Shown one piece after another: positions 1-10,481 of a stretch of 64,000 bases of DNA (within the stretch, counting starts at the first letter, position 1; each line of letters starts with the position of its first letter). Both the position numbers and the translations under genes were made by a program. Under the pieces are notes generated by a model that saw nothing but the letters and a program-made list of their open reading frames with translations, had not been told where the DNA came from and did no database searches. Source of the DNA: Pseudomonadota bacterium (lineage in GTDB: Bacteria; Pseudomonadota; Alphaproteobacteria; Rhodobacterales; Rhodobacteraceae); assembly GCA_039821195.1 (NCBI GenBank), contig JBCBON010000007.1:91-64090 (forward strand). Direction: 5' to 3'.

Positions 1-249
1 GGCGGCAAGTCGCGGGTCAACATCCCGGCCGGGGCCCAGTCCGGCAAACAAATGCGCTTGAAAAGTAAGGGTATGCCGGCCCTGCGGTCTGGCACGTCCG
101 GTGATCTATATCTGGAGATTGCGGTCGAAACGCCCGTCAACCTGACTGCGCGACAGAAGGAACTCCTGAAAGAGTTCGAAAAAGAAAGCCAAGACAATTC
201 CCCGGAAAGCGAAGGTTTCTTCGACCGGGTGAAAAAGTTCTGGGCCTAG
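1..249 (+). CDS. dnaJ: Chaperone DnaJ, C-terminal fragment (5' end lies outside the window)
   Basis: Frame 1 is open from base 1. The translation [59 protein letters not shown] is the typical DnaJ C-terminal domain and tail. Confidence 0.85.
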   Translation, partial: GGKSRVNIPAGAQSGKQMRLKSKGMPALRSGTSGDLYLEIAVETPVNLTARQKELLKEFEKESQDNSPESEGFFDRVKKFWA

Positions 250-281
250 CTCCGAGTCGCTGCCGTGTCCGGCTGCGACGT

Positions 282-2549
282 CTACCTCAGATTGCCAAAG
301 TCACAGGACGCCATAACGGCCATGTTCAGGATATCAGTCACTGTAGCGGTGAGTGAACAAAGCTGCACGGGCTTGTCCACGCCAGTCAGGATTGGGCCAA
401 TCACGGTCGCACCGCCCATTTCCTGAAGCAGTTTCACCGAGATAGAGGCCGAGTGCCGCGCCGGGACCACAAGAATGTTCGCTGGACCACTGAGGCGACA
501 GAACGGATATTGTGACCTGATCTCGTCATTGAGGGCCACATCGACAGTCATTTCCCCATCATATTCAAAATTCACCTCGCGGGCGTCCAACACGGACGGG
601 GCCATTGCCATTTTTTCTGCACGTTCTGACGCTGGGTAGCCGAAATTCGAAAAGCTGACGAAAGCCACTCTTGGGTCGAGCCCCATTGAGCGACCTAAAT
701 CCGCAGCGCGCTCTGCGATATCTGCCAAATCTTCTGGTTCCGGCCATTCGTGAACCAATGTATCAGCGATCAGTACCAGACGTCCCCGCAATAGAACCGC
801 CGTAACGCCCGCCGCGCCGTCGCCGGGAGCCGCATCGAAGACGTAATTGATCCGCTCAATCACGGCTGCAGACTTCCGAGTGACACCAGTGATCATCCCA
901 TCGCCATGGCCATGGGCCAGCATCAGCGCAGAGAACACATGCCGATCCCGAGAAGCCAGACGGTGGACGTCCTCTTGATCGTATCCGATGCGTTGTAGGC
1001 GTTGATACAGGAAATCCTTGTATTCCCGCAGATGCTCGGTCTTTGCCGCATTCATGATCTCTATTTCATCATAGGCATCCGCAAGACCAGCCTCCGACAG
1101 ACGACGATGAACGTCCTTTTCGCGGTCAATCACAATCGCCCGGCCAAGCCCGGCTCGGACGTAAGCCACCGCGGCGCGCAAAACCCGAATGTCGTCACCT
1201 TCGGCAAAAATCATCGTGCTTTGGCTTGCGCGGGCACGGGTATACATTGCCTGAAGAACCGAAGCCGCCGGGTCAAGCCGGGCACGCAACGCGTTTGTAT
1301 ATTCGGCCATATCCACAATGGGACGACGCGCGACACCGCTATCCATACCGGCCTTTGCAACTGCTGGCGGGATGACATGTATCAACCGTGGATCAAATGG
1401 GGTCGGGATAATGTAGTCCTGACCAAAGGACAGTGTTCGCCCGTAGGCCATGGCAACCTCATCGGGGACATCCTCGCGTGCCAATCGCGACAGCGCCTCT
1501 GCGCAGGCAATCTTCATCTCATCGTTGATCGCACGGGCATGAACATCCAATGCCCCGCGAAACAGATATGGGAAACACAAAACGTTGTTGATCTGATTTG
1601 GATAGTCAGATCGGCCCGTGGCAATAATTGCGTCAGAGCGGGCTTCGCGGGCTTCTTCAGGTGTAATTTCCGGATCAGGGTTGGCCATAGCAAAAATGAC
1701 CGGATCCTTTGCCATAGCCCGCACCATGTCTTGTGTTACAGCGCCTTTCACCGACACACCAAGAAAGACATCCGCGCCTTCCATCGCGTCTTCCAATGTC
1801 CGTAAGTCCGTCTTGACCGCGTGGGCAGACTTCCACTGGTTCATGCCTTCCGTTCGGCCCTGGAAGATGACACCTTTGGTATCGCAAACGATGCAGTTTT
1901 CGTGTTTTGCACCCATCCGCTTGATGAGTTCAATACAGGCGATGCCAGCCGCACCAGCGCCGTTTAAAACGATTTTCACGTCTTCGATTTTCTTTCCGGA
2001 AATATGCAACGCGTTCAACAGGCCCGCGGCGCAAATTACGGCTGTTCCATGCTGATCATCATGAAACACGGGGATGTCCATCATCTCCCGCAAGGTTTGT
2101 TCAATGATGAAACAGTCCGGTGCTTTGATGTCTTCCAGATTGATGCCACCAAAGCTTGGTCCCATCAGTTTCACCGCGTTGATGAACTCTTCTGGGTCAG
2201 AGGTATCAAGTTCCAGATCAATAGAGTTCACATCAGCAAATCTTTTGAAAAGAACCGACTTTCCTTCCATCACGGGTTTGGACGCAAGTGCGCCCAGATT
2301 TCCGAGTCCCAAAATGGCAGACCCGTTTGATATGACGGCCACCATATTCCCTTTGGTGGTGTAGTCATAAGCCGTTTCTGGATTTTCCGCGATGGCCTCG
2401 ACAGGAACGGCAACACCAGGCGAATAAGCCAGTGATAAATCACGCTGTGTGCTCATGGGTGTGGACGCGACCACCTCAAGCTTCCCTGGCTTGGGTTCAA
2501 GGTGATAGAGCAGGGCTTCACTATCTGTGATGCGGCTTTCGTTTGACAT
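282..2549 (-). CDS. maeB: NADP-dependent malic enzyme (malic enzyme domains plus C-terminal phosphotransacetylase-like domain)
   Basis: About 755 aa, with LSLAYSPGVA, GLGNLG and NGAGAAG (NAD(P) binding) motifs and a PTA-like C-terminal half. Start moved to the second ATG (2549), which follows AGGAGA at good spacing. Confidence 0.9.
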   Translation of the reverse strand: MSNESRITDSEALLYHLEPKPGKLEVVASTPMSTQRDLSLAYSPGVAVPVEAIAENPETAYDYTTKGNMVAVISNGSAILGLGNLGALASKPVMEGKSVLFKRFADVNSIDLELDTSDPEEFINAVKLMGPSFGGINLEDIKAPDCFIIEQTLREMMDIPVFHDDQHGTAVICAAGLLNALHISGKKIEDVKIVLNGAGAAGIACIELIKRMGAKHENCIVCDTKGVIFQGRTEGMNQWKSAHAVKTDLRTLEDAMEGADVFLGVSVKGAVTQDMVRAMAKDPVIFAMANPDPEITPEEAREARSDAIIATGRSDYPNQINNVLCFPYLFRGALDVHARAINDEMKIACAEALSRLAREDVPDEVAMAYGRTLSFGQDYIIPTPFDPRLIHVIPPAVAKAGMDSGVARRPIVDMAEYTNALRARLDPAASVLQAMYTRARASQSTMIFAEGDDIRVLRAAVAYVRAGLGRAIVIDREKDVHRRLSEAGLADAYDEIEIMNAAKTEHLREYKDFLYQRLQRIGYDQEDVHRLASRDRHVFSALMLAHGHGDGMITGVTRKSAAVIERINYVFDAAPGDGAAGVTAVLLRGRLVLIADTLVHEWPEPEDLADIAERAADLGRSMGLDPRVAFVSFSNFGYPASERAEKMAMAPSVLDAREVNFEYDGEMTVDVALNDEIRSQYPFCRLSGPANILVVPARHSASISVKLLQEMGGATVIGPILTGVDKPVQLCSLTATVTDILNMAVMASCDFGNLR

Positions 2550-2650
2550 GTCCCTCTCTCCTTTGGGTCGGACCATCCCTAACGGGTAATCAGAAGGGGT
2601 CCAAGTAATTCCCCTTTTCGGCAGCGCTTACGGGTTTTAAGGATCAGGTT

Positions 2651-5281
2651 ATGGGTCAACCTGCCGGCACAATCACCCCAATGATGGCGCAGTATCTGGA
2701 GCTTGCAGAGGAGCATCAGGACGCGCTTTTGTTTTTTCGTATGGGTGATTTTTACGAGTTGTTTTTTGATGACGCAGTGCAGGCAGCTGCAGCGCTGGAT
2801 ATCTCACTTACAAAAAGGGGAAAGCACTTGGGTGAAGACATCCCAATGTGCGGTGTGCCCGTCCACGCGGCAGAAGGGTACCTTCTGACCCTTATCCGCA
2901 AAGGATTCCGCGTTGCCGTTTGCGAACAACTTGAGGACCCGTCCGAGGCCAAAAAACGAGGATCAAAGTCCGTTGTCAAACGCGGTGTAACACGTTTGAT
3001 CACGCCGGGCACCTTGTCTGAAGATACCCTACTGAGTGCGCGACAAGACAATTTCCTTGCTGCCTTTACCACTGTTCGGGACGATGCGGCGCTTGCATGG
3101 TGCGATATGTCCACCGGCGCGTTTTATGTCAGCACCTGTGCACCAAAAGCACTTTCACCACAGCTTGCACGTTTGGCTCCAAAAGAAGTTCTGATAAGTG
3201 ACAGTGCTGAACCAGCGTTGGACCAGCAGATTGGCGAAACTGGCGCAGCCGTCACGCGCCTATCAGCGGTAAATTTTGACAGCACGAGCGCCGAAGCGCG
3301 ACTGCTTGAACACTATTCGGTGGCAAGCCTTGATGCATTTGGCACCTTCAGTCGCGCCGAGACCGGTGCACTCGGCGCGATCCTTTCTTACCTCTCGATC
3401 ACACAGAAGGGCCGTCTTCCGTTTTTGCGGCGTCCGGTTCGGGAGGCATCCGAGCAGGCCGTGTCCATTGACGCCGCCACGCGACGAAACCTTGAATTGA
3501 CCAAGACACTCAGTGGCGAGACATCAGGAAGCCTGCTTTCAACAATTGACCGAACAGTGACGGGTCCGGGTACGAGGCTGCTGACGAACCGAATAACAAA
3601 CCCAATCCGGGACTTGGTCGTATTAGAACGGCGATTGGACAATATCGTTTGGGCAGCTGAAAACGACCCAGTACGAGCGCATTTGCGATCAACCTTAAAG
3701 CGAGCACCCGATCTGTCCCGTGCCCTGACGCGCGTTTCACTTGGGCGGGCTGGACCAAGGGACCTTCTGGCGATCCGCACCGCCCTTGGTGTTTCCAATG
3801 ACATTTCAAAGGCTCTGACGCCCTTTGCTTTACCAGAACAGATATCCGCCAATGCCAGGGACATGATTGGTCATGAGACGCTGCTTGAAAACCTTACTAA
3901 AGCATTGGATGACAATGCTCCGATGCTTTTGCGGGATGGGGGTTGTGTCGCCGAGGGATATGACGCGGAACTGGATGCACAGCGGAACCTTCGGGATGAT
4001 AGCCGGTCGATCGTCGCTGGGATGCAGGCAGAATACGCGAGTTTAGCGGGAGTAACCGCGCTGAAAATTAAGCACAATAATGTGCTTGGGTATTTCATCG
4101 AAACACCGGCCACGCATGCAGAACGAATGATGGCTGTGCCTTTGTCGGAGACTTTCATACATCGCCAGACCACAGCGAACGCGGTTAGATTCACCACAGT
4201 CGAGTTGTCTGAACTGGAAACGAAGATCCTAAATGCTGGCGCACAAGCGCTCGCAAAAGAAAAAGAAATTTTTGACCAACTCTGTACAGAGGTTTTGGGG
4301 GCGGCCGCTAAACTCCATCTGACAGCACAAGCCTTGGCAGAGCTGGATGTAACAACAGCATTGGCCGAGCTTGCTGTCTCACAAGGTTGGACCCGACCGG
4401 AACTCGATACCAGCAAAACGTTCGTGATTCAAAATGGCCGGCACCCCGTTGTTGAAGCCGCACTCAAACGCGAAGGCAAAAGCTTTATCGGTAATGATAC
4501 TGATTTGACGCGCGATAATGGTCAGAGTTTATGGTTGCTCACGGGACCAAACATGGCGGGTAAATCGACATTTCTTCGTCAAAACGCGTTGATTACTTTG
4601 CTCGCTCAAATCGGGAGCTTTGTCCCGGCTGATGCAGCGCAGATCGGACTGGTGTCACAGATATTCTCCCGTGTCGGAGCGTCTGATGATCTCGCGCGTG
4701 GCCGTTCAACTTTCATGGTTGAAATGGTAGAAACGGCTGCAATTTTAAATCAAGCCGACGAATATGCGTTGGTTATCTTGGATGAGATCGGGCGCGGAAC
4801 CTCAACCTATGATGGGCTTTCGATTGCTTGGGCGACTGTCGAACATTTGCATGAAATCAATCAATGTCGGACGTTATTCGCGACGCACTATCACGAGCTG
4901 ACTGCGCTGGCAGAGCGGCTGAATTATGTTGTAAACGCGACGGTACGTGTGAAGGAATGGGACGGAGAAATTGTATTTCTTCATGAAGTTATTCAGGGCG
5001 CGGCGGACCGATCTTATGGTGTTCAAGTTGCCAAGCTCGCAGGCCTGCCGCTGAGTGTTACACAAAGGGCGCAGGACGTCCTAGCCAATCTGGAAGCGGA
5101 AAACCGTAAGGGCCATCCCGGCGGGATAGCCGACGACCTGCCATTGTTTTCGGCCCAACCTGCAACAGCGCCAACGGCACCCATAGTTTCAAAGGCTGAC
5201 GCATTTTTAGAAAAGATCAATCCCGACGACCTCTCGCCCAAAGACGCGCTGGAACTGATCTATAAGTTGAAGTCGCTTTAA
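2651..5281 (+). CDS. mutS: DNA mismatch repair protein MutS
   Basis: 876 aa. N-terminal TPMMAQYLE..FFRMGDFYELFFDDA mismatch-binding motif, Walker A GPNMAGKSTFLRQ, and DEIGRGTSTYDGLSIA. Confidence 0.95.
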   Translation: MGQPAGTITPMMAQYLELAEEHQDALLFFRMGDFYELFFDDAVQAAAALDISLTKRGKHLGEDIPMCGVPVHAAEGYLLTLIRKGFRVAVCEQLEDPSEAKKRGSKSVVKRGVTRLITPGTLSEDTLLSARQDNFLAAFTTVRDDAALAWCDMSTGAFYVSTCAPKALSPQLARLAPKEVLISDSAEPALDQQIGETGAAVTRLSAVNFDSTSAEARLLEHYSVASLDAFGTFSRAETGALGAILSYLSITQKGRLPFLRRPVREASEQAVSIDAATRRNLELTKTLSGETSGSLLSTIDRTVTGPGTRLLTNRITNPIRDLVVLERRLDNIVWAAENDPVRAHLRSTLKRAPDLSRALTRVSLGRAGPRDLLAIRTALGVSNDISKALTPFALPEQISANARDMIGHETLLENLTKALDDNAPMLLRDGGCVAEGYDAELDAQRNLRDDSRSIVAGMQAEYASLAGVTALKIKHNNVLGYFIETPATHAERMMAVPLSETFIHRQTTANAVRFTTVELSELETKILNAGAQALAKEKEIFDQLCTEVLGAAAKLHLTAQALAELDVTTALAELAVSQGWTRPELDTSKTFVIQNGRHPVVEAALKREGKSFIGNDTDLTRDNGQSLWLLTGPNMAGKSTFLRQNALITLLAQIGSFVPADAAQIGLVSQIFSRVGASDDLARGRSTFMVEMVETAAILNQADEYALVILDEIGRGTSTYDGLSIAWATVEHLHEINQCRTLFATHYHELTALAERLNYVVNATVRVKEWDGEIVFLHEVIQGAADRSYGVQVAKLAGLPLSVTQRAQDVLANLEAENRKGHPGGIADDLPLFSAQPATAPTAPIVSKADAFLEKINPDDLSPKDALELIYKLKSL

Positions 5282-5914
5282 TCAGCCGCCGCTGGAAACG
5301 CCGACATCCGCCGGGCGTAACAGTCGATCGCCGATCTTAAAGCCGACATTCATCACCTGAATGATGTTCCCAGCCTTGGTTCCCGGGACCGGCGCTTCGA
5401 ACACCGCCTGATGAAACTGTGGATCGAACTTGTCGCCTTCTGCGGGTTCAATGGGCGCTATACTGTGTTTTGCAAATGCATCAAGCAGGCCTTTTTGGGT
5501 CAATTCCAACCCCTCAATCAGCGCAGATGCCTGCTTGCGTAGATCATCATCAATCGTACCCATGGCCCGATTCATGTTGTCGTAGACTGACAACAGGTCT
5601 CGGGCGAGGCGCTGACCACCGTAAACTTCGGCATCGCGACGATCTCGGTCTGCACGCTTGCGCAGGTTTTCCATCTCGGCCATCGCACGTAACAGCTTAT
5701 CGCGAAGATCGGCATTTTCTGCCTCGAGCTCTTTTTCACGGGGCACGGGTACAACACCCTCATCATCGTCGACCGCATCAACATCCAAATTATCTACGTC
5801 GAGTATATCATCCAACTCTGGCAGGGACGGTTTCTTGCCGTCTTCACCAAACTCAGCGGCGTCCGCTGCATCCAATTCCGCATCAATCTCGGCGTCAGTC
5901 TTTTTCTTAGCCAC
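5282..5914 (-). CDS. grpE: Nucleotide exchange factor GrpE
   Basis: Acidic N-terminus, coiled-coil (LRDKLLRAMAEMENLRKRADRD) and C-terminal beta domain. Proposed GTG start at 5914, one nt after the hrcA stop, preceded by GAGGG. The longer ORF (to 5965) would overlap hrcA. Confidence 0.85.
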   Translation of the reverse strand: MAKKKTDAEIDAELDAADAAEFGEDGKKPSLPELDDILDVDNLDVDAVDDDEGVVPVPREKELEAENADLRDKLLRAMAEMENLRKRADRDRRDAEVYGGQRLARDLLSVYDNMNRAMGTIDDDLRKQASALIEGLELTQKGLLDAFAKHSIAPIEPAEGDKFDPQFHQAVFEAPVPGTKAGNIIQVMNVGFKIGDRLLRPADVGVSSGG

Positions 5915-5915
5915 T

Positions 5916-6980
5916 CTACCCTCGTTTCGACAGCATTCGCCCAACCAGTTGGGCAGTATAATCAACTATTGGTACAACGCGACCATAATTTAAGCGGGTG
6001 GGACCAATTACACCAACCGCTCCGATCACTTTTTGATCTGCATTCATGTAAGGGCTCACGACCAAAGATGAACCCGACATGGAAAAGAGTTTATTTTCGG
6101 ACCCGATGAAGATTTTCACGCCCTCTGCACCTTCGGTCAAATCCAAAACCTGAGCGAGATCGCGTTTACGCTCCAGGTCATCGAACAGAGTTTTTATCCG
6201 GGATAAATCCTCTTGGGTTTGTGCATCATCAATCAAATGGGCCCGTCCCCTGACAATTAGCCGGGCCTCTGCACCTTGATCATCTGACCAAGCTGCAAGG
6301 CCTGAAGTAATCAAGTCTTGAGCGAGCACATCGATTTCCTGTCGCCGCGTAGTGATCTCGGACGAGACTTTAGACTGAATGCTCGAGAGTGTTTCATCCT
6401 GAAACAGTGTATTTAGGAAATTCGCCGCTTCGCGCATCGCGGATGGCGTCATGCCAGTTGGCATTGTGAAAAGCCGGTTTTCGACGTGCCCGTCGGAATA
6501 GACCAGAATAGCTAAACCTCTTGACGGTGCCAGAGACACAAACTCGATATGTTTAACCGGCGCTTCAGATTTTGGAGCCATCACTATGGACGCGGTTTGC
6601 GTCAAACCAGACAGCATCTGGCCTGCTTGATCCAAAAGGCCACCAAGATCACGCTCTTGGCCACTCATCGAGCTCTCGATAGAAGATCGTTCGGTTTGCG
6701 CCAGATTGCCCACTTCTAATAAGCCATCAACAAACAGCCTTAGGCCAAGTTCCGTTGGGATACGCCCGGCCGACACATGGGGTGACTCCAAGAGACCCAA
6801 AAACTCCAGGTCCTGCATGACATTGCGTATTGTTGCTGCTGACACAGCTTCATGCAGGCTCCGAGTGAGTGTTCGTGACCCGATGGGTTCTCCACTTTCG
6901 AGATATGACTCAACGAGCGTCCGAAAGACCTCAAGGCTTCGTGCGTTTAGCTCTGACAGGCTGGTCTGAGGGGCGTCCAC
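5916..6980 (-). CDS. hrcA: Heat-inducible transcription repressor HrcA
   Basis: 354 aa. N-terminal winged-helix region (LNARSLEVFRTLVESYLESGEPIGSRTL) and the conserved hrcA-grpE arrangement. GTG start. Confidence 0.9.
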   Translation of the reverse strand: MDAPQTSLSELNARSLEVFRTLVESYLESGEPIGSRTLTRSLHEAVSAATIRNVMQDLEFLGLLESPHVSAGRIPTELGLRLFVDGLLEVGNLAQTERSSIESSMSGQERDLGGLLDQAGQMLSGLTQTASIVMAPKSEAPVKHIEFVSLAPSRGLAILVYSDGHVENRLFTMPTGMTPSAMREAANFLNTLFQDETLSSIQSKVSSEITTRRQEIDVLAQDLITSGLAAWSDDQGAEARLIVRGRAHLIDDAQTQEDLSRIKTLFDDLERKRDLAQVLDLTEGAEGVKIFIGSENKLFSMSGSSLVVSPYMNADQKVIGAVGVIGPTRLNYGRVVPIVDYTAQLVGRMLSKRG

Positions 6981-7107
6981 GTTGTGAGTCCGGCATCTCT
7001 ACTTAAAAGCAGACGAGAAATACGCCTTGCCGCAGAAGGGGTCAATCGGGGTTTCAGAGAAATTACAGAAAGGTTAGGACGGGTTCAGTTATGATTAAAG
7101 GACTGAT

Positions 7108-7821
7108 ATGCGACCCTCTGGAAGAAAACCCGATGAAATGCGCCCAATCACAATTGATACGCAAGTCACGAAACACGCTGCCGGGTCGTGCATCATACGC
7201 TGTGGGGACACACATGTTTTTTGCACCGCCTCAGTAGAAGAGCGCGTGCCACCGTTCTTGCGAAATTCCGGATTAGGTTGGGTCACCGGGGAATACGGAA
7301 TGCTCCCGGGTGCCACATCCACGCGAAACCGAAGAGAGGCTTCTGCCGGGAAACAAACAGGAAGAACCCAAGAAATTCAGAGACTTATAGGACGGTCACT
7401 ACGTGCTGGCGTGGATCGTGTCATGTTAGGGGAACGGCAAATCACCGTGGATTGCGATGTACTGCAAGCCGATGGTGGAACCCGCTGCGCGTCTATCACC
7501 GGCGGGTGGCTTGCACTGAAATTGGCCGTTCAAAGTCTGATAGAAGCAGGCGACATTTCAGAGGATCCAATCTCTGACTATGTGGCAGCGGTGTCCTGTG
7601 GCATTTACGGGGGTTTGCCCGTACTGGACCTTGATTATACAGAAGACTCAGAAGCGGGAACCGATACCAATTTTGTAATGACTGGGTCCGGCGGCATGGT
7701 CGAAGTCCAAGCGTCCGCTGAAGGTGCAGCCTTCTCGCGCGAGGAACTGACAAAAATGACAGATCTCGCTGAGAAAGGTATTGCCGAATTAGTTGCTGCT
7801 CAAAAGGCAGCTTTGGCCTAA
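7108..7821 (+). CDS. rph: Ribonuclease PH
   Basis: 237 aa. MRPSGR..DEMRP..GSC..GDT.V.CTAS and the [10 protein letters not shown] motif are typical RNase PH. Confidence 0.95.
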   Translation: MRPSGRKPDEMRPITIDTQVTKHAAGSCIIRCGDTHVFCTASVEERVPPFLRNSGLGWVTGEYGMLPGATSTRNRREASAGKQTGRTQEIQRLIGRSLRAGVDRVMLGERQITVDCDVLQADGGTRCASITGGWLALKLAVQSLIEAGDISEDPISDYVAAVSCGIYGGLPVLDLDYTEDSEAGTDTNFVMTGSGGMVEVQASAEGAAFSREELTKMTDLAEKGIAELVAAQKAALA

Positions 7822-8435
7822 TGCGACAGCTCACAGAGCCAAAGATCGTCCTTGCATCGCACAACCAGGGAAAATTGCGAGAGATTGCGGCATTGGTTGA
7901 ACCTCTTGGATTCGCCGTAATTTCAGCAGGTGAACTTGGACTCGAAGAGCCCGAAGAAACCGAAGACACATTTGCGGGAAACGCTCGCATTAAGGCGCAT
8001 TTCTCCGCAAAAGAAAGTGGTTTGCCAGCCTTGTCCGACGACAGCGGTATCGAGATTGACGTCCTTGACGGTGCACCTGGCGTTTATACAGCCGATTGGG
8101 CCGAAACAGATGACGGCCGGGACTTCATGATGGCAATGACCCGTGCTTGGACAGAAATCACTGAAACCAAAGCCAAACCCCCTCTTACTGCGCGGTTCTG
8201 CTGCACGCTGTGCCTTGCATGGCCCGACGGCCACGATGAGGTATTTGCCGGAACTGTGGACGGTACTCTGACATGGCCGCCTCGGGGCAATAAAGGGTTT
8301 GGCTATGATCCGATGTTCATTCCGCTAGGCGAGACCGAAACCTTCGGAGAAATGGACCCTGACAAAAAGCATAAAATGAGCCACCGTGCTGACGCTTTCG
8401 CTAAACTTTTGCGGGGGTCCTTTGGCGCAAGCTGA
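7821..8435 (+). CDS. rdgB: Non-canonical purine NTP pyrophosphatase (ITPase) RdgB
   Basis: 204 aa. SHNQGKLREI, DDSGIEIDVLDGAPGVYTA and GFGYDPMF motifs. Its start overlaps the rph stop. Confidence 0.9.
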   Translation: MRQLTEPKIVLASHNQGKLREIAALVEPLGFAVISAGELGLEEPEETEDTFAGNARIKAHFSAKESGLPALSDDSGIEIDVLDGAPGVYTADWAETDDGRDFMMAMTRAWTEITETKAKPPLTARFCCTLCLAWPDGHDEVFAGTVDGTLTWPPRGNKGFGYDPMFIPLGETETFGEMDPDKKHKMSHRADAFAKLLRGSFGAS

Positions 8436-9573
8436 CTGGCAAGCCGGTGGTTTCGGCGTTTATATCCATTGGCCTTTTTGCGAAGCAAAATGCCCGTACT
8501 GCGATTTCAATTCCCATGTATCGAACGCAATCGATCATACAGCCTGGAGGAAGCGCTTGGAGGCCGATATTCGATTTCAGGCGTATCGATTGGGCTCGAG
8601 ATCTGTTAAATCCATTTTCTTTGGCGGCGGAACACCGAGCCTAATGGAGCCGAAAACGGTCGCCGCGTGCATTGATACTGTGGCCGATGTTTTTCACCTA
8701 GAACCCAATGCTGAAATCACTTTAGAGGCGAACCCGACATCGGTAGAGGCAAAAAAGTTCCGAGAGTTTGCATCTGCAGGTGTGAACCGTGTGTCCATTG
8801 GGGTTCAAGCCCTTAATGACACTGATTTGAAACGACTTGGTCGTCTGCATTCAGTGTCGGAAGCGACCCAAGCGATTGACTTGGCTCGAAACCATTTTGA
8901 TCGAATGAGCTTCGACTTGATATACGCCCGTCAAAATCAAACAGCAACTCAATGGGCGGATGAGCTTTCATTGGCGATCTCTTTATCGGCTGACCACCTT
9001 TCCCTGTATCAACTGACCATCGAGGCTGGAACGGCCTTTGGGCGACTGCATCAAGAAGGTAAACTCAGGGGTCTGCCATCTGACGCTCTTTCAGCGGATC
9101 TCTATGAACTGACACAAGAGACTTGTTCCAACGCTGGACTGCGCGGGTATGAAGTGTCCAACCATGCCAGGCCAGGTTACGAAAGCCGTCACAACCTAAT
9201 CTATTGGCGCTATGGTGATTACCTTGGTGTCGGACCAGGCGCACATGGTCGTTTAACTGTGGGCGGGCAGCGGATTGCAACGGAAGCTACACTTATGCCA
9301 AGTGATTGGCTTAATGCAGCGTCAGAAAGCGCGACTAAAGATATTGAAACGCTATCTGACGAAGATCAGCTGACGGAATTTATGCTAATGGGTCTGCGAT
9401 TGTCCGAGGGTGTTGATCTGAAACGAGCTGAGAATTTTGGCGCGTCTCTACCCCAAAACAAAATTACCGAGCTCATCGATAGTGGCCATCTGATTATGCG
9501 GGATAAACAAATCTCCGTTCCACAAATAAAAAAAATCGTTTTAAATCATATACTTAGGGACTTACTGAGCTAA
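8386..9573 (+). CDS. hemW: Radical SAM heme chaperone HemW (HemN-like, oxygen-independent coproporphyrinogen oxidase family)
   Basis: CPYCDF radical-SAM cluster motif near the N-terminus, FFGGGTPS, and the conserved rph-rdgB-hemW order. Start is uncertain: an in-frame TTG at 8422 would shorten the 50-nt overlap with rdgB. Confidence 0.85.
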   Translation: MLTLSLNFCGGPLAQADWQAGGFGVYIHWPFCEAKCPYCDFNSHVSNAIDHTAWRKRLEADIRFQAYRLGSRSVKSIFFGGGTPSLMEPKTVAACIDTVADVFHLEPNAEITLEANPTSVEAKKFREFASAGVNRVSIGVQALNDTDLKRLGRLHSVSEATQAIDLARNHFDRMSFDLIYARQNQTATQWADELSLAISLSADHLSLYQLTIEAGTAFGRLHQEGKLRGLPSDALSADLYELTQETCSNAGLRGYEVSNHARPGYESRHNLIYWRYGDYLGVGPGAHGRLTVGGQRIATEATLMPSDWLNAASESATKDIETLSDEDQLTEFMLMGLRLSEGVDLKRAENFGASLPQNKITELIDSGHLIMRDKQISVPQIKKIVLNHILRDLLS

Positions 9574-10472
9574 CTGCGCATCAGTTTAGCAACTAATTCA
9601 TCGAGTTGATCCAGCGACTTATAAGACAGCTTCAGGATTCCGGTCCCGTCTTTGTCATCAATAACAGCTTTCAGACCAAGCTGAGCTGATAAACCCTGTT
9701 CCAGTTCAATCGTATCGGGATCTTTAACGCGCTTTGACAACGACGGCGCGGCCTTTATGGGCTCAGGCGATTTCATCATCGCTTCTACTTCACGAACCGA
9801 AAGGTTCCGCTGAATGATCGCCTGTGCCAACGCAGTCGCATTTTCGCTGGGCACCAACGCACGTGCATGGCCCATCGTTAGCTTCCCATCACGCAGGTAA
9901 CCCAAAACAGTTTCTGGTAAATTGAGCAGACGCAGCAGGTTCGCTATGTGCGATCTGCTTTTGCCCAACGCTTGGGCCAATTTATCCTGTGTATGTCCAA
10001 AGCGTTCCATCAATTGACGGTAGCCCATCGCCTCGTCCACCGGATTTAAATCCGCCCTTTGGACATTTTCAATGATTGCCACTTCGAGCACTTCAAGGTC
10101 ATCCATCTCGCGCACGAGGACAGGAACCTCGTGAATGCCAGCAATTTGCGAAGCGCGCCAACGGCGCTCTCCGGCAACGATCTGAAATCCCTCACCGCGT
10201 GTTGGATCGCGACGCACAATAATAGGCTGAATAACACCACGCTCTTTTATAGAAGCTGCAAGCTCTTGAAGCTCTTCTTCGACAAATGTTTTCCGCGGTT
10301 GATCGAGATTAGGGTAAATTATCTCAATGGGTATCCGCTGTTCCGATTGCGGTGATTGTGGTGGCTCACCTTTGGGTGCCGCCGTCTTTGTGGAAACAGG
10401 TGCGGAGTCGATATCCGCCATCAATGCGGACAATCCGCGACCCAGGCCCTTATTCTGTTTTGCTTTTGCCAT
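9570..10472 (-). CDS. parB: Chromosome partitioning protein ParB
   Basis: 300 aa. GLGRGLSAL N-terminal motif, the IVAGERRWRA arginine patch, and an HTH region (QDKLAQALGKSRSHIANLLRL). Confidence 0.95.
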   Translation of the reverse strand: MAKAKQNKGLGRGLSALMADIDSAPVSTKTAAPKGEPPQSPQSEQRIPIEIIYPNLDQPRKTFVEEELQELAASIKERGVIQPIIVRRDPTRGEGFQIVAGERRWRASQIAGIHEVPVLVREMDDLEVLEVAIIENVQRADLNPVDEAMGYRQLMERFGHTQDKLAQALGKSRSHIANLLRLLNLPETVLGYLRDGKLTMGHARALVPSENATALAQAIIQRNLSVREVEAMMKSPEPIKAAPSLSKRVKDPDTIELEQGLSAQLGLKAVIDDKDGTGILKLSYKSLDQLDELVAKLMRS

Positions 10473-10481
10473 TTTCGGACC

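Noticed and set aside
256-279. A 10-bp-stem hairpin (GTCGCTGCCG-tgtc-CGGCTGCGAC, one mismatch) between the convergent dnaJ and maeB genes.
   Set aside because: No U-tract on either side, so it cannot be called an intrinsic terminator with confidence. It may be a stabilising 3' hairpin.
6981-7107. I looked for a CIRCE element (TTAGCACTC-N9-GAGTGCTAA) or a clear sigma-32 promoter upstream of hrcA-grpE.
   Set aside because: No CIRCE-like inverted repeat is present. Only a weak TTGACC-N17-TATTTC sigma-70-like match was found, which is too weak to report as a feature.
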